A DNA stretch of 33,883 nt from a virus (IMGVR_UViG_3300032373_001167:1-33883); one strand, 5' to 3'. Positions 1 to 8,009 are shown, counted from the first letter of the stretch. Notes: generated from the sequence alone by a model not told the origin. Numbers and translations: made by a program.

Positions 1-471
1 TTATGCCGCTTCGTCTGAATCAAATTTGCGTTCTTCGATGTCATCTCTGAAATCAAAGAGCATCTGAATTGGACGCTGTTCTTTGTGAAGCGCATTGTAC
101 GCCTCAACATCCGTATCTAACTGAAAGCAGTCTCCAACAATTTGTTCGCGGCGCTGGATGAATGCTTTTTGCATGTGCTCCCTTGGAGCGTCTTTCATAA
201 TGGCCCAAAAAGTGTATTGAACTCCGCCCTTGGTGACCCGCACAGCGTGATTTACACGATATCTTCGTCCACTGGCATCTGTCGCATACTCTTCCCTCAA
301 AGCCGTGGACATGTCTGATGCAAGTTTGTCCAAAGGGTCTACTTCTGGGATTTCGATCATTCCCTTTGACAGTCCCCATGCCACTGCTTCACGGGACGTA
401 GCCGGCACGGAACCATGCTCGGATTCATACTGGTGCCATATCCGCTGAAGCTGTTCTTTGTACTTTGCCAT
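1..471 (-). CDS. Hypothetical protein (156 aa), third gene of the HigB/HigA-ImmA operon
   Basis: GAGGAGG RBS overlaps the upstream stop codon; globular-looking sequence with acidic C-terminus; no family recognised. Confidence 0.85.
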   Translation of the reverse strand: MAKYKEQLQRIWHQYESEHGSVPATSREAVAWGLSKGMIEIPEVDPLDKLASDMSTALREEYATDASGRRYRVNHAVRVTKGGVQYTFWAIMKDAPREHMQKAFIQRREQIVGDCFQLDTDVEAYNALHKEQRPIQMLFDFRDDIEERKFDSDEAA

Positions 472-481
472 TGCAACCTCC

Positions 482-1639
482 TCAAAGACTGACCGGGACA
501 GGATCGCCCCAACCGTCTATGGTCGCGGCACCCCGAAGGAAATGCCTGATCTTGACCTTGTGCTTAGTTAACCAATTGTATTTGTTTACATTGTACTGCG
601 AAGCCATCTTGTACTGCAGTTGTCCAACAATGATTCCAGGATGGCGTTGAAGCCGTCGAGCAAGCCCTAAGGTGTCTCGCTCAGCCATGTATGGGTACTT
701 GCGTATCAAGAATGAGTCTAAAGCATCTTGATCCGCGCAGAACTGAGATGCACACATGTTCGCCCGTAATTCTTCCTCCGGAAGATCTTGCGCCCCTGGG
801 TCAAGGTCAACATCGACTCGTTCAGATGTTAGCTCTTCATTCTGCCCATCCTTTTGTCTGAGGTGCTCTAGTTCATGCCTTAGAACGAACCAGAAGTTAT
901 CAATTCGGTCGTGCCGACACGTCATACCGATCACTGGAGATTTTACGTCCAGCCAAAAACAAACTCCGTCGATATTCGCTTTTGGCAAAGTCTCAACAAC
1001 TACAAAACGAACGCCAGCTTCAGCCAGGATACGAGGGACATTCCTAATTTCTTCCGGATCAACCAAAAAGCGTTCCAGATCAGTAAGTAATGAATCCAGT
1101 TTCTTTTCGGAGAAATTGGGGACGATCATCTCCTCAGAAATCTGCTTCACACGGAACAACCAAGCCCACTGCAGATGCGTCAATTCATCCGCATAGCTTC
1201 CCGACTTCTTTGCGTTGTGGGCCAGACCCGGAACATGGTCGAGTGAGTTTGTTCCAAAGAACCTCATTACTTGTGCTTCAAGCAACGAGATATCCTGGGT
1301 ATCTTCGAACCAAGCCCGCTTTATCATTTCCCGGATAGGGTACTTTGATTGTAGCTTCGCGCGACGTTCAATCGCGGGATCAGCCGTACGTGCCGTTGAG
1401 AGCTCGTAAGCCTTTTGCAGGTTCATGAAATACTCAGCCGAGATCCCAAACGCTTTCGACAAAGACTGAGCCATGTCTGGGCTAATCCCACGTTTCCCAG
1501 ACATGATGGGATTGATGGCTTGCTCTTTCACACCCAAAATGTAGGCCAGATCGCGCTGAGCCCAACCACGCGCCTCCAATTCGTCACGAATAAACTCCCC
1601 TGGATGGGGGACTTCATTTAACAGTGCTGCGATGTTCAT
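482..1639 (-). CDS. higA: HigA-family XRE HTH antitoxin fused to an ImmA/IrrE-type Zn metallopeptidase
   Basis: N-terminal HPGEFIRDELEARGWAQRDLAYILG...GKRGISPDMAQSLSKAFG is a HigA HTH. C-terminal DRIDNFWFVLRHELEH carries HExxH, with a later EELRAN motif. GGAGGG RBS. Confidence 0.9.
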   Translation of the reverse strand: MNIAALLNEVPHPGEFIRDELEARGWAQRDLAYILGVKEQAINPIMSGKRGISPDMAQSLSKAFGISAEYFMNLQKAYELSTARTADPAIERRAKLQSKYPIREMIKRAWFEDTQDISLLEAQVMRFFGTNSLDHVPGLAHNAKKSGSYADELTHLQWAWLFRVKQISEEMIVPNFSEKKLDSLLTDLERFLVDPEEIRNVPRILAEAGVRFVVVETLPKANIDGVCFWLDVKSPVIGMTCRHDRIDNFWFVLRHELEHLRQKDGQNEELTSERVDVDLDPGAQDLPEEELRANMCASQFCADQDALDSFLIRKYPYMAERDTLGLARRLQRHPGIIVGQLQYKMASQYNVNKYNWLTKHKVKIRHFLRGAATIDGWGDPVPVSL

Positions 1640-1651
1640 AACTTGCCCTCC

Positions 1652-1948
1652 CTAGTGTGGGTCGCCAATGTAGGTGACTGTTGCTACGGCGCTGGCTCCT
1701 TCGCCGGAAACCGTAAAGAAAATCCGATACTGCTTGTTCACACGAACTTGCCTTGTTTCATCGTCGCCTCCCCTGCGAATTTTGTAGTCCAGCCCACCGA
1801 TGTTGAAGAGATCACTCTCATAAGTTGCTGCCTCGAGCTTCAGCAACGTCTTACGAGCAGCCTTTATCACCGTGACTGGTAGCCCCATTTTTTGGGCCTC
1901 ATCTGTGCATATCCGCGCCAGATCGTCGTTTGCGAACTTCACTTCCAT
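1652..1948 (-). CDS. higB: HigB/RelE-ParE family toxin
   Basis: 98 aa; MEVKFANDDLARIC...LEAA...VRVNKQYRIFF...YIGDPH matches the HigB (plasmid killer) pattern; toxin-first order upstream of higA. Confidence 0.85.
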   Translation of the reverse strand: MEVKFANDDLARICTDEAQKMGLPVTVIKAARKTLLKLEAATYESDLFNIGGLDYKIRRGGDDETRQVRVNKQYRIFFTVSGEGASAVATVTYIGDPH

Positions 1949-1979
1949 GCTGACTCTACCTATTCCATGCGGCGAACAA

Positions 1980-2012
1980 CGTCAATACATGACTTAACGC
2001 CATGCGTTAAGT
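1980..2012 (-). promoter_or_regulatory. Putative HigA operator next to a TTGACG -35 box
   Basis: Perfect inverted repeat ACTTAACGC-cat-GCGTTAAGT (1992-2012). TTGACG on the minus strand at 1985-1980, about 30 nt upstream of the higB ATG. The -10 box is ambiguous. Confidence 0.65.
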
Positions 2013-2278
2013 TTGGCAAAACCTCTGAAATTTCAATTGATTGACTTTGTCTTTTTTCGAAGCGCAGCTGTCTCAGGAACTTTGGGCTGAAGACATCTCG
2101 ACGAACGCACTTCTGTTTTCCTCAACCGGTTCGCCATGTCAAAGGTCCGCTTTGGCGGTATCATAGGATCCACGCTGCGGAGCGGCGAATTCACACTTCC
2201 CGCCCCCCTCCTGAGGAGACGCCTTTGCTGAGAATCTATGGGATGAGGCGTTCGCTTTGGGTTGAGACCTGTCTTCGC

Positions 2279-2740
2279 TCAGCGCCAGATCATTCGATCG
2301 TCGTTCCATGTCACAACATCAAACAGCATCTGCGGCGACAGACGTTGAGGGTTTGGCAGCCCCAGCGCCGCTGCGCAGATTTCCGAGCAGAACCAGCGGT
2401 CTGCGCTGTGGCGACCCAGCGCAAAAACCTGCGACAGGATCAGACCTCGATAGTCGTACCGTGCGCCGATCCGGTCGCGGATGAACCGCACGGCGGAAGA
2501 CTGTGGATTGATCAATTCGACCAGATCCCAGTGCGCCGGTTTCAGCGTCAGAACCTTTGCACGCACGCCACCATCACGTCCCGACGCTGACAAGCACAGA
2601 TGCTCGGCGCCGAGTGATGCCGATCCAGCAATGAGTTCAACGTGCGAATACACCCCGCCGGTGACGCGCCGGATCACGCCGTCTTGAAACCGGTGCCAGG
2701 GGTTCGACGCACGCCCCTTGTAAAACGCCAGCGTGATCAT
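2279..2740 (-). CDS. Permuted papain-like (NlpC/P60 superfamily, YiiX/YaeF-like) protein
   Basis: ATG at 2740 overlaps the upstream stop (ATGA). His motif YSHVEL precedes GARYDY and Cys motif WFCSE, the permuted order. Confidence 0.7.
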   Translation of the reverse strand: MITLAFYKGRASNPWHRFQDGVIRRVTGGVYSHVELIAGSASLGAEHLCLSASGRDGGVRAKVLTLKPAHWDLVELINPQSSAVRFIRDRIGARYDYRGLILSQVFALGRHSADRWFCSEICAAALGLPNPQRLSPQMLFDVVTWNDDRMIWR

Positions 2741-3048
2741 TGTGGCGCCCCACTGCCTGCAAAACCGGTCTGCAACTGGTCGTACCAATCCGCGCATCGA
2801 TCGGTGCGCTGGTGTTGGCGGACAAGCGCCGCGTCGGTGCGCAGCAGGGCCACGTCCAGCCGTGTCCCATCCACAACACCGCTGCGCGCAAGGCGGCGGC
2901 AATCCTCCGGCAGATCCGGCAAAAGCCGCGTGGCACGCACATCCGCCAGCGTGGCAGCTGCCGCGTTGATCCGGCTCTGGTCAGTTTGCCCGCAGGCGAC
3001 CAAGAACATCGGGACCGACAGCGCAATCAGCGTTGACTTGGGTCTCAC
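2737..3048 (-). CDS. Outer-membrane lipoprotein spanin (Rz1-like)
   Basis: Signal peptide with lipobox LVAC; overlaps the 3' end of the i-spanin in another frame; AGGAG RBS before GTG 3048 (TTG 3054 is an alternative start). Confidence 0.75.
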   Translation of the reverse strand: MRPKSTLIALSVPMFLVACGQTDQSRINAAAATLADVRATRLLPDLPEDCRRLARSGVVDGTRLDVALLRTDAALVRQHQRTDRCADWYDQLQTGFAGSGAPQ

Positions 3049-3343
3049 GTTCAAACTCCTCGAGTTCGGATGCCACGCGTTGGGCGTCGGTTTCGGCCAG
3101 CGCCACGCGGTCGCGCATCGCGCTGTTGGCGGCGACCGCCACGGCCACGCGCTGCTCCAGTGTTTCGATTTCCTTGCGGGCTGCGGTCAGTTCCAGCGCC
3201 TGCACATAGCCCTCACGCGCCGCGCGAAGGGCTTGCCGCTTGTCTTGCAGATGCCAGCCGAACAGAACCGCGCACAGCACCACCGCAAGGCCGATCCGAC
3301 TGCCCAGCAACTGCCAGCCGTATTTCAGCGCCAGCGCCATCAT
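2981..3343 (-). CDS. Inner-membrane spanin (Rz-like)
   Basis: N-terminal TM segment (IGLAVVLCAVLFGW), coiled coil, C-terminal Cys; ATGA overlap with the upstream holin-like gene. Confidence 0.75.
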   Translation of the reverse strand: MMALALKYGWQLLGSRIGLAVVLCAVLFGWHLQDKRQALRAAREGYVQALELTAARKEIETLEQRVAVAVAANSAMRDRVALAETDAQRVASELEEFERETQVNADCAVGPDVLGRLRAN

Positions 3344-3609
3344 TGCGGGCCACCAAGCGGGCCACCGAGCGAACCCCCAAAGCGAGTCTGCGTGCTGGCC
3401 CATTCCATGCCGTGCGCCAGCGCCAGATTGGCAATCACTAGGGGCAAGGCCGCAGAGAGGATGGACTGGGTGGCCTCCATACTTGCCCCACCGGCCTCTT
3501 TATACGTCAGCCAGGCGAACCCCGTGCACCATAGCAAGAACACGGCCCAAGCCTGTTCGCGCTTGCCCGAGCGCCCACCGATGAAATACCGACCGAAGAA
3601 TTTCAGCAT
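3340..3609 (-). CDS. Small two-TM membrane protein, putative holin/antiholin
   Basis: 89 aa from ATG 3609, two hydrophobic segments, lies between endolysin and spanins. Confidence 0.6.
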   Translation of the reverse strand: MLKFFGRYFIGGRSGKREQAWAVFLLWCTGFAWLTYKEAGGASMEATQSILSAALPLVIANLALAHGMEWASTQTRFGGSLGGPLGGPQ

Positions 3610-3610
3610 G

Positions 3611-4405
3611 TCACAACCTCGCAAACTGGAAATGCATCCAGTCCTTGCCCCAGGCATAGCCAGCCGGTGTGCCGCCGTGAGCCATGACGATGGACCAGAA
3701 GGGCTGATACTCCGGCCCGGCGAATTGAGCCCTGTCCGCGCCCCAGCGCAGTTGGTTTTTCTCGGGGTTCAGATCCACCGCAGCGCCATAGGCGTGCGTG
3801 GACAACGCCTTGCCGCCGCGCATCGGGCGATAATTGAAGCAGCCGCCGAACAGGTTCAGCTCCAGCCGCTCGATGTCCGCTTGGCCGTAGTGCGCCAAGG
3901 CTTCGCGGAAAATCGAAGTCAGCGGATCCGCCAGCAGGCGGTGACAAGAGAACCGCTGAATGGTCGCGCTCCGGTTCCACGCGATGATCATCGGATAGGC
4001 CAGATCAACCGATCCCGCCGTGCAGTCAGGACCACCGGGCGGGCCGTAATACGCAGCCATTCTGCGCTGGCGTGGGTAAAGCTGCTGATTGGGGTCCGCG
4101 CGCAGGCCTTCCAGCGCTACACGACTGACGGCGGCGGTGGTGCCCGCCTTGGCGCTGCGCCACGCGGTCAGCGCCTCTGCGGTGTTATGCCCCGCGTAGC
4201 CGTCGATCGCACCCGGATCAAAACCCAGATAGGCCAGAGCGAACTGACCAGCCGCGATCAGGCGACGGGATCCCGGCCATGGCCTGCCACCGGCGGGTTC
4301 GGTATGGGCGACTGCAGCCCATGTTTTCGGGCCGGGGTCACCATCGATGGCACCAGCGTACCGGCCCAGTTCGGCCAGCAGCATTTGGATGTCGGACACG
4401 GTCAT
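3611..4405 (-). CDS. Endolysin: peptidoglycan-binding domains plus M15-family Zn peptidase
   Basis: Repeats GAIDGDPGPKT and GAIDGYAGHNT (PG_binding_1-like); catalytic motifs NYRPMRGG, STHAYGAAVD, DWMHFQ; GAGGT RBS before ATG 4405. Confidence 0.9.
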   Translation of the reverse strand: MTVSDIQMLLAELGRYAGAIDGDPGPKTWAAVAHTEPAGGRPWPGSRRLIAAGQFALAYLGFDPGAIDGYAGHNTAEALTAWRSAKAGTTAAVSRVALEGLRADPNQQLYPRQRRMAAYYGPPGGPDCTAGSVDLAYPMIIAWNRSATIQRFSCHRLLADPLTSIFREALAHYGQADIERLELNLFGGCFNYRPMRGGKALSTHAYGAAVDLNPEKNQLRWGADRAQFAGPEYQPFWSIVMAHGGTPAGYAWGKDWMHFQFARL

Positions 4406-4473
4406 GCCACACCTCATTTGGTTTGTGTCAGGGGATTGGTGCACCCGCGCTGTGCCGGGATGCGTGGGGCCGG

Positions 4474-5289
4474 TTACAGCAGGCCGGTGCGCGGCCTGCG
4501 GTTGGAGACGATCAGTTCCTGCGCCTCGGTGCTGCCGGACTTGGACACGGTATAGGTCAGCGTCACGGCATCGATCTCGAAGCCGTCAAAGATCGCGCGG
4601 ATCTCGGGCACGTCGTTGATCGACAGGATGAATGCGCCTTTGATGTTGCGCAGGATTTCGGCCATTTCGGCGTAGTGATCGCGCGAGAACAACCCTTTGC
4701 CGTAGTCGCCTTCACCACCCCAATAGGGTGGATCGAGGTAAAACAGCGTCTTGTCCGAATCCCACCGTGCAAGAACATCTTGCCACGGCAGATTTTCGAA
4801 CACGACGCCATCAAGGCGCGAATGGGCGGCGTCCAGCAGTGGCTCAAGGCGCGACAGACTGAACCGCGCAGGCCGACCGCTGGCCACGCCAAACACGCCC
4901 TCGACCCGTCCGCCAAAGGCCAGCCGCTGCAGATAAAGAAACCGCGCGGCACGTTCGAGATCGGTCAGCGACGCCGGATCGCAGCCGCGCAGCCGCTCGA
5001 ATTCACGCCGCGAGGTGATCTGAAACCGCATCACCTCCATGAACTGCGGATAGTGCCGCTGCAGGATACGAAACAGATTGGTGATTTCGCCGTTCAGATC
5101 GTTGGCGACTTCGCAGCGCGGTCGCCAGACGCGGCGCAGAAACACCCCGCCCATGCCGACGAACGGCTCCACATAGGTCTCATGCGCAATGCGGTCGATC
5201 TTTGCGATGATCGCCTGATGCAGGGCCTTCTTGCCGCCGAGCCACGGCGCGATCGGCGCGGCGGGGCTGACTTTGGTTAACGGTTTCAT
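4474..5289 (-). CDS. D12-class N6-adenine DNA methyltransferase (orphan)
   Basis: PWLGGKK, YVEPFVGMGGVF (motif I), NDLNGE and FYLDPPY (motif IV). Target specificity cannot be determined. Confidence 0.93.
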   Translation of the reverse strand: MKPLTKVSPAAPIAPWLGGKKALHQAIIAKIDRIAHETYVEPFVGMGGVFLRRVWRPRCEVANDLNGEITNLFRILQRHYPQFMEVMRFQITSRREFERLRGCDPASLTDLERAARFLYLQRLAFGGRVEGVFGVASGRPARFSLSRLEPLLDAAHSRLDGVVFENLPWQDVLARWDSDKTLFYLDPPYWGGEGDYGKGLFSRDHYAEMAEILRNIKGAFILSINDVPEIRAIFDGFEIDAVTLTYTVSKSGSTEAQELIVSNRRPRTGLL

Positions 5290-5291
5290 AA

Positions 5292-5422
5292 CGATTTCCT
5301 GTCAAGGATCGCAGACCCCTTCGGGGGTCGGGCGACGAGACGGAAGTGGCGTCGGCGCAACTTGTTTGTAGCTTGGCTGCGTGGTGGCGGTGCGCTTACA
5401 CCGCCGCCCCCGCCTAGGGGGC
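5292..5422 (-). promoter_or_regulatory. Structured 5' leader of the methyltransferase (six consecutive hairpins)
   Basis: Minus-strand stems GCCCCC/GGGGGC, GGCGGTG/CACCGCC, CGCAGC/GTTGCG, CGACG/CGTCG, GACCCC/GGGGTC, and CGAT-CCT/AGG-AA-ATCG covering the RBS. Confidence 0.55.
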
Positions 5423-5429
5423 AAAAGAG

Positions 5430-5759
5430 CTATGGTCCCGGACGGCGCGCTGACAACCAGCGCTCGAACAAAGCCGAGGTGCCACGTGGGCCAAGATAAC
5501 TGAGCGCCGCGATCAGGCCGACACGGGCAGTGGGCGACAGGCCCAGATAGGCACCCAGCCCATCGCCGATCAGGGCCATGCCGAACGCCAACGGCAACTC
5601 CCAGACCAGCGAACGATCCAACAGCGCACGGCGCTTTGCGCGAACTTCTGTCGCGTGCCACATCAGCCGCCCGGTCATACCGGCCAAAAGCGCCGTGGCG
5701 CCGCCGCCAATCAGGTTGCTCATGTACTCGATCAGGCCCGGTTCAGGAGAGTCAGTCAT
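5430..5759 (-). CDS. LydA-like phage holin family protein
   Basis: About 109 aa with 2-3 hydrophobic segments; WELPLAFGMALIG...LSYLGPRG pattern typical of alphaproteobacterial phage holins. Start at 5759 or 5771. Confidence 0.7.
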   Translation of the reverse strand: MTDSPEPGLIEYMSNLIGGGATALLAGMTGRLMWHATEVRAKRRALLDRSLVWELPLAFGMALIGDGLGAYLGLSPTARVGLIAALSYLGPRGTSALFERWLSARRPGP

Positions 5760-5815
5760 CGTCAATTCCATGTTTTGTTGATCATGAGCAGCGGGTGTCA
5801 CAGACAGCAGACCCT

Positions 5816-6805
5816 TCACTGTGCTTTCAGTTTCGCCTTGAACGTGGTGCGCAGCCCGCTGGATTTGCTGAAGCTGTGCGTCACGGTCTCGAGAATGAAT
5901 TCCTGACCATCGACCCCTGACCGAACCCCGACATAGGCCACGGGCTGGCCTGCCATCAGCCCCGGATTGCCGGTGATCGAACAGGTTGTCTCGACCAATC
6001 CTCGCAGCATTTCGCGCACCGCAGCGCGGGCTGCGGCCTCGGCCTCGGCGCGCGAGGAATAGGGATCGCGCAAAACGTGCTCGCCGGTTCCCTCGGGATC
6101 GGCATCGACGACGATCTCCTGCCGTTTGGCCCCGGCGCGGTCCTGCCAATACGCCTTGACCGTCCTGAACCGGTCCACATCGGTCTCGGACACGCGACCG
6201 CTGCCCTTGAGGATGCTGGAGAGCGTGATCATCGCTGTCGGGATGGTCGTGCCGTCAGCGGTCTTTCCCGCACCGCGTTCGAGCCACAACAGCACAGCGT
6301 TCTTGATCGTGAACAACGCGCCATGCCGCCGCGCCACGCGCTCGAGGAAATTCAGATCCGATTCGTCTTGCTGGCCAATCCACGCATAGAGATGCCCGGA
6401 CACCGCATCCGAGATCCGTGCCTCCAACCCATGTTCACCCGCGATCTGCTGCAGGATCTGCTTGACTGTTTTGTTGTCCCAATGGCGCGTCTTGCCTTCC
6501 TTCAGCGCCGAGGTCAGATCGGCGGAATGGCCCCGGACTGAGATCGTGTAGGGTGCGAACTGATTGACCACGCGATCGATGACGTAGGATCCGACGAAGC
6601 CGCCCCCTGCCCCATGCATCATGGTCACCGAAAGGATCGCGCCCCGGCGCGGCGATGCGAGATGCGGGATCCCGTCATTGAAGTTCAGCTCTACCGTGTC
6701 CGACTGGATCCCTTCGCGATCATTGACCGTGAGGCTGATCAGGCGATCGAAGAACGCGCCCGACACCGGTGCACCATCGACGATGACATGGACAAGCGGA
6801 TGCAT
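5816..6805 (-). CDS. Phage late control D / baseplate hub protein (P2 gpD-like)
   Basis: DRLISLTVNDREGIQSDTVEL and QQDESDLNFLERVARRHG motifs; follows gpU and gpX; GAGGT RBS before ATG 6805. Confidence 0.9.
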   Translation of the reverse strand: MHPLVHVIVDGAPVSGAFFDRLISLTVNDREGIQSDTVELNFNDGIPHLASPRRGAILSVTMMHGAGGGFVGSYVIDRVVNQFAPYTISVRGHSADLTSALKEGKTRHWDNKTVKQILQQIAGEHGLEARISDAVSGHLYAWIGQQDESDLNFLERVARRHGALFTIKNAVLLWLERGAGKTADGTTIPTAMITLSSILKGSGRVSETDVDRFRTVKAYWQDRAGAKRQEIVVDADPEGTGEHVLRDPYSSRAEAEAAARAAVREMLRGLVETTCSITGNPGLMAGQPVAYVGVRSGVDGQEFILETVTHSFSKSSGLRTTFKAKLKAQ

Positions 6806-6950
6806 GGAATTAAACCTCACGTTGAATTGTTGTTATCCAATATCCGGCAGTCGCTATTGAGCGACGCTGCCAGATGCGGTTGATCGGACGCGTTTTCGGG
6901 CAGTTCTCAATCAGCCGCTCGAAAATCCGTAGATACCAAGGAGTTTTGGA

Positions 6951-7340
6951 ATGACTTATTCACACAACCCCGCCGCCCTGTTCGCGGCTGCGTGCACCAT
7001 GGCTGTATGGTCGATGCCTGCACTCGCCGATGAGCCACCTGTTCGGGCCAATCCCCTGAACTATTCTTGTGCTTCCGATAACGGTTTCACTGGTGGCGAA
7101 TGTGGTTTCGTTGCCGGGTGCCTGCTTTCACAGGCGGTCGGTGGTTTCGACTGCTACCAAATTCTTGAAGGGGAAACGCGGCCATATTGGCCGGTCCCGA
7201 TGCCACAACCCAACGAGATTTTCCCGGAGGACGACTATATGCTTCCCGGAGGTGGAAACGGCGGCTGGTGCGGCGTGAAAAACCCTTGCGAAATCCAGAC
7301 ACAAATCGAGATCGATCCCTTGGATAACGCTCTTCGCTAA
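6951..7340 (+). CDS. Secreted/periplasmic Cys-rich hypothetical protein (moron)
   Basis: AAGGAG RBS; signal peptide ending PALA/D; six Cys in the predicted mature part; occupies the gap between gpX and gpD on the opposite strand. Confidence 0.75.
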   Translation: MTYSHNPAALFAAACTMAVWSMPALADEPPVRANPLNYSCASDNGFTGGECGFVAGCLLSQAVGGFDCYQILEGETRPYWPVPMPQPNEIFPEDDYMLPGGGNGGWCGVKNPCEIQTQIEIDPLDNALR

Positions 7341-7366
7341 GTCGGAGACAAGATCCTCATCTGGAT

Positions 7367-7579
7367 CTAACTCCACAATTTGACGAGTCGCCCTGCCTTA
7401 TCTTCGGAATTCAAATCTGGCAGGGCGATTTCCACCCCGAACGGCAGGGCATGTGCCACGTCCTTGATGTGCGGATTGGCCTCGAGAACCTGCTCCACCA
7501 CGCCCGCTTCCGCGCCGTATACACGGTAGCAGATCAGATCCAGCGCCTCCCCTGCACCGGTCACATACACACGCGCCAT
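7367..7579 (-). CDS. Tail protein X (P2 gpX-like)
   Basis: 70 aa; GEALDLICYRVYG...VLEANP...LPFGVEIALPD...VKLWS. Confidence 0.9.
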   Translation of the reverse strand: MARVYVTGAGEALDLICYRVYGAEAGVVEQVLEANPHIKDVAHALPFGVEIALPDLNSEDKAGRLVKLWS

Positions 7580-8001
7580 CAGATCAGCCCCAGCAAGGAC
7601 AACAACGAGAACCCGGCACCGATGCGCTTGACTTCAATGGTGTAGGCGTTGCGACCGGGTGTCCCGTATCTGTCGTGAAACCCCCGATCTTCATCGACCT
7701 TCTGGATTGCGTGACTGCCAAATACCCGCCCCCCCAGCGAAACGAGCATCAGAGGAATGCCGGATTTCGCCGCAAGCCGAACGCCCTCGAGCGTTGTGGC
7801 ACCGCCGAATTCCTGCGGAAACAGGACGCCGGTGATGGTCACCACCTCGGTGCGCGGACCGGTCCATTGCAGGGCGTGCAACCGGCCCACGGTTTCGAGT
7901 TCCGCCCAGGTTGTATCCAGCTTGCGCCCCACATCGGTATAGCCGAAGCCGTGGGATTGAAACATGAATGGCCCCAGAGCCATGGTGACAGGTCCTGCCA
8001 T
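7579..8001 (-). CDS. Tail protein (P2 gpU-like)
   Basis: MALGPFMF...LQWTGP...ITGVLFP motifs; directly follows the tape measure gene. Confidence 0.9.
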   Translation of the reverse strand: MAGPVTMALGPFMFQSHGFGYTDVGRKLDTTWAELETVGRLHALQWTGPRTEVVTITGVLFPQEFGGATTLEGVRLAAKSGIPLMLVSLGGRVFGSHAIQKVDEDRGFHDRYGTPGRNAYTIEVKRIGAGFSLLSLLGLI

Positions 8002-8009
8002 GATCGTCC

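Noticed and set aside
1-471. SecB-like chaperone of a TAC system
   Set aside because: No recognisable SecB features; the sequence looks largely helical. A structure search is needed to exclude it fully.
2642-4555. 637-aa plus-strand ORF
   Set aside because: Antisense to five or six well-supported lysis genes, low-complexity Arg/Ala/Pro composition, no motif. This is a high-GC shadow ORF.
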